Source: Hydrolagus affinis (lineage: Eukaryota). Taken from it: a DNA stretch of 64,000 bases. The stretch covers positions 1 through 64,000 of the forward strand of contig JAAILG010000047.1 in the NCBI GenBank assembly GCA_012026655.1. The letters are read 5' to 3'. The notes under the pieces are model-generated. The model did not search any database. It worked only from the letters and a program-made list of their open reading frames with translations, and was not told where the DNA came from. Shown here piece by piece: positions 27,501-37,661 of this stretch. A program made the translations under genes and the position numbers. Position 1 is the first letter of the stretch; each line of letters opens with the position of its first letter.

Positions 27501-30500
27501 TTCGATGCTGCCAAATCCCATTTGAAATGTGCTTCCTGAAAATATTAATCACGCTGGCTTGACAAAATTTCTGAAAGCGTCCCACAGGTGGGTTCTGGAA
27601 AGTGAGCGCTTCTCTTCAGAATCTTTTGTGTAAAATTGGCGAAGTACTGTACCTGATTTAATTTCTTTCAAATTGATGATCCAGCTCTCATCCCAAAGCA
27701 TCTTTTGCTTCTGGTACTGCAACCACTAAAAACGTATACAAATAATGTAGAAGTAAACTGAAACTGGACAAAGAAAAGATTAGGAAAACAGTGGGAGGCA
27801 GGGTGGGTGGTATGTCTGTTGGAGTTACCATAGATCTCTGCCATTCATACCTGAACCTCCCATCGCGTTGTGGTATATTGAGAAATCACCATCCAGCAGA
27901 TGGGATTTCTTTCACATTTCTACTGTTGGTTGAGCTCATGGATATGATCTCAGGTATATTCTTAAAATGCTTAGGTACTATTTTAATAATAAAACATTTC
28001 CAATGCAGCTCATTTGAAAAAGTACTTTAGGATAATTTTGCACAATAAGATGCTAATCAAAGTGTTATTTATTACGTACCACCACAGTAAATATAAACCC
28101 ACTGCAGAACAGGGCAATTGGAAGGCCTATTGAAACTTTGATTGTTGTGGGCATGGGGCATGCCCCACAGTCAGCTGGACACGTATCACATCGTTCATCA
28201 CCATCACAAACTCCGTCATCGCAAACTAATAATACAGGTTAAGAAGGAAACATGATTCACCTTGTGCAAGTAATCATACATATATTCTAAAGACATGCTA
28301 ACAGTGCAAAGACATTTATTTTAAATACTGTACTTATTCTTCAATATTCAACGCATGCAAAATATGCATGTACTTGTTCTACTTGTTTATTATTTCAGAA
28401 ATAATAAAAACTAAGATGTTTACAAAAAGCCCAAAGTGACGAGCAATACCTTGTGCACTCAATACTGTTGTCTTTGCTTCCAAAGCAGCATGCATACGTC
28501 CTAGTTTAATGTGTGCAATTAATGAAGTCATCCCATCGAGGATTAAGACAACCTGGAAATTATTACACAAAGGAGTGATATTTATTGGTGTGCAAATGAA
28601 AAAAAAGCAAGCAATACTGAGATTAGATAGATCTAAATCAGTCAATTGTAAAATCATCTGTAATATTATTTGGCTCAAGAATGCATCCTATGAATAGCTA
28701 GCAACTTCTTAATCTGTGACTGTGCTCAACAAGATAATACATCCAATTTTAGTGTCAGATTAGAGCTCTTATAAAATTATAAAGGAAACTAAAATAGCAT
28801 GGAGTATTCATGGAGATCTTCAGAAACGGTAAGATTATGATTACCTCAGAAAGCTTAAATTGTCTTAATTTTGTTTAATATATACTCATTTATATATATT
28901 ATTAAACAGTAAAAACAGTGTAGCCTAGTTACCAGTGAATCAATCAAGCTTATCTTCTAAGGCTCAGGAAATTGTATTGGAATTGTATATGTAAGCTTGT
29001 TGAATATAATACTGTACAATGTATTCATATCCCAGCACTCAACTAGATAACCTTGTGGCATAGCAGTAAGACAAAAGAATAGGAAGACTTTAATCTAGTC
29101 CTGATCCCAGTAAACAACAACAATAACAAAATTACACTTATAGAGTGCCTTTCACGTCAGGAGGCGCTGAACAGTCAGGGGTTGGGACCTGAGCATGGGG
29201 GAGAGGGATAGTAGTGGGGAGGGGCACAGTAGAGGGGAGGGGAGGGAGAGAGGTGGGAGAGTGGCTGAAGTAACAATTGAAAAGAAGGGTCTTGAGATCA
29301 GCCTTGAAGGAGGCAAGGGAGAAAGCGAGGTGAAGGGACTGTGGGATGGACTTCCAGAGTGTGGGGGCAGAGAGACTGAAAGTGATGGTAGGGCAGGTCG
29401 GGCAGGAGACATGGAGCAGATTGGAGCCCACTGAATGGAGGGGGTGGGGCAGGTTGGTAGGGAGTCGGGGAATCAGGGAATCACGTTAAATAATAGGACA
29501 CAGAATAATCATGGACACTCATGAAATGCGGTTGCACAACCTGTTTGATGGAACGTACTCCCAACATACACATGTAATTTTGTTGTTGTTTACAAAATAA
29601 TTAATTTAAAGAACAACATTCTAATTCTTGGTCTATGTGCCATATGTATACACTAAATACAAATTTAAAGACATCACTGTGATAAAATACTGTATTTACT
29701 CAAATAGAAGGTGATTTTTTCATTAAAAGGCACCTCCAAAATCAAGGTGTGCCTTAGAATCAATTTCACCTTACAATTGAAGCAAAGTTCCTTCTATTTT
29801 CCACAAACTCCAGTTAAAGCTTTATAATCAGGCACACCTTAGATTTGAATAAATACAATAATGTTAGTTTTATCTTTTTGGTAACAAATGTAGATTCAAG
29901 TAAGTTAAATACATTTGTAACCATTGTACATCAACAGTAAATGATCAGACTGCCCATTAACAATACCTTAGTCGTCCAGTTTTGTTGGGACATCTTGCCA
30001 GCCTGTGGCGCTGTGTGAGTAACTATTTTTCCATCATCTGGAATCCAGGGACCACATATACCTCCTTCTTTCTGAAACAAACAATGTTTAAAAATCCTTG
30101 GAACGCTGCCTTAAATATTGTCCATTGATGGACTTTAAAGATCCCATCACACGATTTGTAAAACAACGTGGAGTTTTTTTTTCTATAATCCAAGCCAATA
30201 ATTCTCCAGGTAAAATCCTTCCGACTTGCAATCTGCTGTTTCGAAAACATTTGTGAAATTTGAAATTGAGACCTTGGAATAGCTAAAAAATGTAAATTAA
30301 ACTTTCATATAAGACAAATGATAAAGTATGAGTAGCATCATTTAATTCAATATTTTGTGGACCATTCAACACATAACTAAATTTCAAAAGTACTGTACAC
30401 ACCATAAATGCCATGGGGCAGGAATGAACGTTGGCATGGTAAATGCAGCAGTTATTTTCAGATGCATCTTTCCAGTTTGCTGGGCACTCCTTTTCATCAC

Positions 30501-32746
30501 AGAACCATTTTGCTTCACTTGCATTGCTACATATCAAAAATAAGATTGGATGTTTAACTGGAAGAGCAGTTATCAGATTCATAGTCAACCTTTTTGCATT
30601 TCTAGACATGTGCATTGAAACAACTATGATGTGCCAAAATTTGGCCCAATTGACTGTTAGGTAAGAAATGCTTTCGCAGTGTGACAGCGCCATTTCCTTT
30701 CAGGAAACAAACCTTTTCGTATCTATTGAGGATACTTGGCGATAATAGCAAAGAGACAATACCGTAATTTCAGATCAATTCCCACCTGAACTTCAGAATT
30801 CCCTGTGTGACTGCCATCTCGTAAAATCCATGGGAAACAATAACACTATAGGTAATATTGAACTCCTCACCACTCCGCACTTTCTCTGGGGGTCTGTCCA
30901 CCCAGCTCATTTCCAGACCTTAAAGAAAGGAAGCCACAATCGTAGCAACAATCAAAAACGATCAGAATTTGTAAATAAATGGAGAAGCTAGATGCAAAAA
31001 CATAATTTTACAACTAAATAAATCCTAAGAAATTCTTAACCAGCCATCTGATGATTCCAACAATTTGGTTCCGGTTGTCTTTGCATTTTCCCTTGACACC
31101 AAATTATCAATCAAGACAATTTTTTACGGCAGTAATTTTGCACAAAAGACAGGGGGGAAGGGAATAAATCTGGAGGCAAGTACGTTGAGAAAAATGCGTT
31201 GAGAAGTCAGTTTGTCTTATTATTTTTTTTACACACACCACACACACCAGTTACTGAAATGCAATCCTGAATATATGATGCAACTGAATATAATCAGGTT
31301 TGACACACCTCACTTGATTGATGTTTTTAGTGAGTTCATATTCAATCTTACCCCCACAGTCGATCATGTTGTGTTCATCTGGTTCCTTGATGGGCCAACA
31401 ATCGTAATCACTGTTATCCAAATCATGCCAACACTCTGTAACCTTCATAGAAAGATTAATCCCAAAGTCAGTGAATTAAAGTTACTGATCCTACAAGTAT
31501 GATAGGAAAGGCAACATCATCGCTGTAACTTTGTTTACATGTGAAAGAGACAGGTATTTCTACATAACTCCTAACCAGAGGTAATTACAGTTTTAGCAAA
31601 GTAAAAATAATCCTTGCATTTGTTATAGCGCTTTTAATAATAATTCTTGCATTTGATATACAGTAGCGCTTTTCAAATCTTCTAGACATCTCAAAGTGCT
31701 TCACAGAATATACTGTAAAGTGAAATTACTGTATATAAGTGAGTGAAACACGGGAGCCAATTACACATAGCAGTTTCCCACAAACAGTCATGGATTGAAA
31801 TGACCAATTTTTTTTTGAGGAATTGTTATTCGGCTTGTAGAGTAAGAACACTTGCCCAAGGTTTTGTCCTGCCTGGAATTGAACCCAGGTCTCTTTATTC
31901 TAAGTCAAATGCTCTAACCACTGAGCTACAGGACTCCATTCCAACAAGTAAAAGCATTTATATTGGGACCACGACTGCTTGTGGGACACTGCTGTGTGCA
32001 ATTGGCTGCCGCGTTTCATCCACAAATATACAATCAATTCTGTGAAGTGTTTGAGGCGTCTAGAAGACGTGAAAAATGCTACATCAAATGCAAGTATTAT
32101 TATTTTCATACCTGGGATTGAAACAAAATGATCATGATTTGAACATTATTATTATTATTTAAAAAAAATCTAAATCCACAATACACCCAATTCCAAAATA
32201 ACAAAACAGGAGAGGGGTGGAGGGGTGGGGGAGATATATTTAACGAATATATCGTTATGCAGCTGGTCGTTTCATTCAAATGAATGACAATAGTTTTTAG
32301 TCTATAAAAGAAAAATGAACTTGAAAATATTTATTGACAGCATCAAGTTCCCGGCTTGGAATTTATTGATTTTCAACTTGAATAGGTGCCAGAAAGAAGA
32401 TTTCTAATCTTTAAATCTTGGGAAATTTGAAAAGAGAAATATGAAAAGAAATGTAAAGGGCTTTAAAACAAGACTCCTGCATTTCTTATTCTAGTAAATG
32501 TGTAACTATTACCTTAAAGAAGTTAAAATATAGTCTTCAAGCCATTTACAATAAGGAATTAAATTAAACATAGAATGCAGACATCATTGCACATACTGAT
32601 CTCAGGATGGCGCAGTACTTTTGCAATATGTTCTCTGGTAATAAAGTATTGGTATTTATAAGCATATAAACAACATTAAAATCCATACTTACAAGAAAGA
32701 GAAAGGATAAGGTTAGTAAAACAGCGCTAAACTTGTTGCTTTCCAT
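15561..32746 (-). CDS. Orphan receptor-type (membrane) guanylyl cyclase with a short Cys-rich ectodomain; 23 coding exons, 847 aa
   Basis: Exons (minus strand): 32746-32693, 31442-31352, 30918-30786, 30526-30403, 30071-29967, 28552-28450, 28225-28080, 27725-27653, 27535-27394, 26838-26752, 26494-26351, 25724-25603, 25500-25359, 25137-25089, 24976-24869, 24669-24550, 23429-23336, 23230-23143, 22351-22212, 20500-20348, 20224-20126, 17388-17297, 15695-15561. They total 2544 nt, all phases are compatible and there is no internal stop. Signal peptide [22 protein letters not shown]; [23 protein letters not shown]; kinase-homology motifs [32 protein letters not shown]; hinge [16 protein letters not shown]; cyclase motifs [40 protein letters not shown]. 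Confidence 0.95.
16995..17180 (+). mobile_element. CR1 LINE 3' fragment
   Basis: tattttcacatagcgagttgttcagatctggaatgcattgcctga...acttttaagaaagaagtaga corresponds to the CR1 ORF2 C-terminus (F..RVV.IWNALP...FKKE.D); a related copy is at ~45305-45500. Confidence 0.7.
17700..18048 (+). mobile_element. L2-type LINE 3' fragment
   Basis: ORF2-end peptide [28 protein letters not shown] followed by a ggagctatataaa..(gtt)n tail. Confidence 0.75.
19735..20060 (-). mobile_element. tRNA-derived SINE, near full length
   Basis: Same body as the other copies, with a degenerate head (gggaatagaacccgggtctctcg) at ~20030-20060. Confidence 0.7.
26940..27262 (-). mobile_element. L2-type LINE 3' fragment
   Basis: (caa)n tail, tatagtgccctcc, and the purine-rich antisense of the L2 ORF2 end ([16 protein letters not shown]). 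Confidence 0.7.
29113..29470 (-). mobile_element. L2-type LINE 3' fragment
   Basis: Minus-strand ORF reads [31 protein letters not shown]; the tail is tatagagtgcctttcacgtcaggag with (caa)n. Confidence 0.75.
29690..29858. mobile_element. Tc2/pogo (Kanga/MER104-like) MITE
   Basis: Imperfect TIRs CTGTATTTACTCAAATAGAAGGTG ... CACCTTAGATTTGAATAAATACAA, flanked by TA at both ends. Confidence 0.6.
31635..31937 (-). mobile_element. Full-length tRNA-headed SINE
   Basis: Head on the minus strand GGAGTCCTGTAGCTCAGTGGTTAGAGCA (A box) ... GGTTCAATTCC (B box), then body and (TTA)n tail. Confidence 0.8.
31969..32104 (+). mobile_element. 5'-truncated SINE, inverted relative to the neighbouring copy
   Basis: ccacgactgcttgtgggacactgctgtgtgcaattggctgccgcg...caaatgcaagtattattatt. 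Confidence 0.75.
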
Positions 32747-32821
32747 AATCGGTGGTGGTTCAATTGTTTGCTTGTTAGCTGTTGCTCTGATCTGTCTGTG
32801 TCAGGTCTATCAGGGACACTG

Positions 32822-33724
32822 ATTATTTTCTCCAGTCACTGATGGGTACAATGATGCTGATTCCAGGTCGCTGATGACAAAGTGACACAGAATGAACAAC
32901 CTGGTTACGTAGCTCTGACACCTTTTACACCCAACAACCACTGAGTCGGGTTATAAAATACCAGCTGTACCCGTAAGCAGCTAGGCTTGTAACCAGAGGA
33001 TCAAATATGGAATGTAGATTGACACACAGACGGACAGACATTTCATCTTTATCTATACTCATCTGAGAGGACTCCTATGGGAGGATTCCTTTTGGGGGGG
33101 ACTCAGTGGGCGGACTTGGCGCTTTAAAAATGTAATTTTGTTGCGGTTGTTGTTGCCGCGGCTTAGCTTCGTCTGTGAAGTTTATTTTGTTCCCGCCGCT
33201 TGGCTACATACGTGCTGTGTGATACAAAATGCCACAGAGCTAGGGTCAGCCAGAGCGGCCATCAGGTGGAACCGCTATTGTGAAGCTCTCTGAGATGCCG
33301 TCCGGTGCGGAGGGCACTATAAAAATCAAAGTTGTTGTTGAGCTGTAATGTGTGCACGATGCTTGACTCGGTGTGATCCAGGTGTAACTACAGCAAAAAA
33401 CACAAAACTTATAATAACCCATGAACGATAGGAGTTACCCCAAAACAGATGTATTCACATCACTCACAGAGGCACGACCTTGCCATTGAGGTATAAATCG
33501 TGTTTCTACATCAATCTATTGAGATCCTTCTTGAAGTGCAGATAGACAATGTTGTTTTATTAGTGTAACATAGAAGATATATTATACATATTATATATAT
33601 ATAACTCTGGAAACTTGGATTGCAGCACCTTCGAGTAAGTAGGTGAAAAGAATAATCCTTTCTTTTTGTCATCAGTGAGCTGCAATCAGCATCATTGTAC
33701 CCATCAGTGACTGGAGAAAATAAT
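32822..33724. repeat. 60-bp inverted repeat pair (32822-32881 and 33665-33724)
   Basis: attattttctccagtcactgatgggtacaatgatgctgattccaggtcgctgatgacaaa versus its reverse complement at 33665, with 3 mismatches. Confidence 0.9.
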
Positions 33725-36700
33725 TAAAAGATCGAGGTATTGTAAAGAATGACACAGTTCTTTTGATAAACCAATGTTTGCTTAGCCAGATTGCTGAAAA
33801 TATATATAATTTGCACCAATCTCAGGTACACATCTAGCCATGTAAACACATTCAATCTGGTTTTTAATCACCACTTCAGTTTACTCCAATAAAGCAGATA
33901 TGGCTTGGAATAAAACATTGAAAACATGATCGCAGTTTACATTTGGCTCTTGTGCAATTAATGGGAACCTGAGGTATGGAATTTGAACATTTGTTTAACA
34001 AGGATTCCCTTCCAGTGAATGAATCAGTTATATTAAGCCTTTGTGATGAGAGTGGTGCAGCCTGCTGGAAATTCAGTGATGATGAAAGAAGACAGTGAGA
34101 GCAGACCTTGGACGCTTCAGTAATTCTAAAATATTTCTGACATTTAACCAGATTTTAAAAAGCCCTTGTTGGCGTCAGCGATGAAAGTCAATTAGAATCA
34201 CCAAATCCCAAATTTGGAATTCAATAAATCAATGATGAGCTGATTCGGAAACACAGCTGGAAAAAATAAAAACATTGCAAATTTAGCAATGAAGAAACTA
34301 TAAAGCTTTCATTGTAGAATAAATGGCAGACTGTAGCTAAAGCAGGTAGTCAATCAAACAGAACTAAACCACCGATAACAGCAGCTTAACAACCCTTATG
34401 AGAAATAGGTCCTGATGTTTGTACAATTACTCCTGACAAGTGCACCAAATGAATTAAGAGGATAATTACATGGCAGAGAAAGGAGATTGATGGATGAGAT
34501 CAAGATGGTCGTGCAAATTAAAAATGAATTTCCGCCTCAAAGGCGGTGGACATTTCCATCTGTATATGAACGTTGAGCAAATAAAGAACGATTTACTGTA
34601 ATTCAGTGGACAAGGAACTTTGTTTGCTGCACATATATTGAGGTTTCTGCAGTTAACTGTGATTCTTACCTATAAACCCTTTCAATTGTATTTAATCTTG
34701 TCAATACACAATTTAAATGCTTTCCAGCTGTGAACATATTACAAAAAAATATAAACATATTGGTCTTGTTCTTTCATTTTGAACTACTATTGTATTGCTG
34801 GCACAATAGTATTGTTTCCATAAGAAAGCTTTCACCAAGGAACAACTAGTGGTTTGTTTTCTGTATTTTTAAGTGACCCTTATAAAGCCAGGCAGGTCCT
34901 TCAGGACTCTTTACAGATTGTTGATGAGCTGTTGTCTAACCAGTCGTACAATTACCCAATGTGTATAAGCCAATAAAATTACTACCATTTGGTGGACATC
35001 AATATATTATTAATTTTATTGTTAGAAATGATAAACAAGAGAACTCTGGATTTAGATCTGTGAAAAAAAGTGAAAACAGGTTAGGAATAAATTCTCCCAA
35101 CTATATTAAAACACCCTTTCAAATGAACTTACGAGTATGCAACACCCAGTTAATGTTTTGATCAAACTGATCACATATCCTACTTTCTTTAATCAACCAG
35201 GTGGCTGAAATTTGAGTTCAGTCTACAGAATGCCTCTGATAACTGGCAGCTTTGGGTGAAAGGCAGAGAATGTGTGACTTACTTGTTAACTTCAGTATCA
35301 ATGCCTTTTCTTCTCCACATACCACCAGTTTTCACCTCCATACTGACATTATTATAGAGAGTGAGAATTTTGTTTAAAAAGTTTTTTAAAAAAAGCTCCC
35401 TATGCTTCTGTCTGTCATGTCTCGATCCATCTAATCCATAAATGTAAATTGTTGTGCTAATAACTGCAGTAGAAAATGTGTGATTAAAACGAACACAGGC
35501 GATTATTAATCGAAAGTCAGCACTCTAACACATATTCTCGTTGTGACAAGTAGAACATTTTAATATAGATTTGAAAAACTTTACATTATATAAAAATCCA
35601 ATCAAAACATGCAGTAAAATTACAACTATACATTTTGCAAACTCACTCAAGAACAGAAGGTTCAAATTTGCACTGTGCCGAGTCATACAAAAGTAAGGTT
35701 CAAATTCTGGCGAAGGAAAGATACTATTGGGAAACCAATGTTGATTACCTGCTGGTTGATCTGCACTTTCTTCAGATTACTACACCCACTCAAAATAGCC
35801 ACACTACTCCACTCTCTTAGGAAGGGAGTATCACTATTTTGCTCCTTCATTAATGGCAGTGCAATGCTAAATCTTTATCAATGGCTAAAAATAACAAACC
35901 TCTTTCAAACCCGGATCCCATCAAAAAGGAAAAAAAACTCATCCAGCTATAAATGTATAACTGGTTCACTAAGAATTATCATCCTGGGATCCATACTACA
36001 GTGAAACAGTGATGCTCGTATAAATTGCAGAGAGCATCAGTACGTTGAATTTATATGTACAACATTAAAAATAGAATATGTACAATAGAAATACCTCAAA
36101 TCCTTACATGCGAACAGCAAAAAAAGGCTAGAATCATCAAGGAACCTAAATCTAAAACATTTAGATTGTTTTGAAATGAACCAGATCCCCACCACAGACG
36201 GTCCTCATTTTGGATTTGAACATCCAAAGAATTTGGGCAACAAATTGAAGCCTTATTACAGTAGTTTGTCACTCCATGAAAAATATCAGAACTTGAGAAA
36301 TGCTTTTGAGTACTGCAAGGTCAACATTGGCAAAACTGCTCAAAGCTAGAGAATCTAGTTGTCGAATATAATTCAAATAAATCCACAAGTAATATATCTA
36401 TTGACTGGTAACCGAGACAAAAATATGTAGTTGGCAACACCCAAATAAGTTTTAGTTGAAGAATCTTACGAGCACTTTTATATGCAAGGATTGATAATTG
36501 AGCTTTCCTCTTGTGAACATGCATTTAAAAAAAATAAAAGGTGCATTTTAAATGAAACATTTATTGTGTTGTGGAAGGGATGAGTTTATATTTTGTAATT
36601 TGGATTTAAACGTTAGTTTAAAGTTTAAATGCATCAAAATCCCCCAAGCAAACAGTTTTGAAGTAGTAATACACATTACCATGGTCTTTTAAGATTACTT

Positions 36701-37491
36701 TTTGAACATTTTTACCCATTTTATACTGGAGGCTAACAGGACTCTAGACATGTACTGTATGCTAGTCATTTCTAAATGTACAGTATAGAAGTATTATAAT
36801 TTCAGAGAGAATGACCAGTTCAGGACTAACAAAATAGTGTTTTCACAACCAAGAGGCAAACCATGTTAGAAAGGATAAAATAATCACACTGGGTATCAAT
36901 CACGTTATCATTTAGGAAAAAAAAATCGAAAAGTCACAATAGAAGCACACTCTATATACTGTGCATTGAAAATGTTGAGAAATATCAGCAAATTTCAATA
37001 GACAAAACAAAGTGAAAGATATTTAACTAGATATTTATAGATATTTAGTTACAGTACTATGTTTACCTTTACTCTGGTGTATTACGTTTCAAGTATCATT
37101 GCAAAATAATGTATCTCACCAGTTTGATTGCAAATATTATGGTTTACCATATGTTTTGTGTTGGTTTACAGAATAAATACAGTAATTTATAGTGTTAGGG
37201 TTGCAAAGGGCAATTTTGGAACAGACACAAGGAAATATTTCTTCACCCAGAGGATAATTAACACATGATTAATTAGGACCAGGATGCTTAACCCATTTAA
37301 ACAAAATGGAGTGACACTGCAATGGGCAGACAATAAGATGGGTATTCTGGAAGGATGAGATCAAATCGACCAAAGCATCTTCTTTTCCCAAAATCTTTTA
37401 GTACTTTTGTGTTAAGCCCTGTGATAATGCTGAAAGCAGTGCTCCACATTAATCAGAGTTTATAAGCTTCTGCTGGCAGCATTTAAAATTG

Positions 37492-37661
37492 ATCATTTCA
37501 ATCCACGCCTGTTTGTGGGACATCACTGTGCACAATTGGCTGTCGCGTTTCGCCCACAAATATAGTCAATTCACTTTACAGTATATTCTGTGAAACGCTT
37601 TGAGACGTCTAGAAGATGTGAAAAGCGCTATATCAAATGCAAGGATTATTATTATTATTTA
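37492..37661 (+). mobile_element. 5'-truncated SINE in the LPAR3 3'UTR whose (TTA)n tail abuts the LPAR3 stop codon
   Basis: atcatttcaatccacgcctgtttgtgggacatc...aaagcgctatatcaaatgcaaggattattattattattta. Confidence 0.8.

Noticed and set aside
15561-32746. Calling the cyclase NPR1/NPR2/GUCY2-family, or a pseudogene
   Set aside because: The ectodomain is half the length with an unrelated Cys pattern, so no symbol is assigned. All 23 exons join in frame with catalytic residues intact, so it is not a pseudogene.
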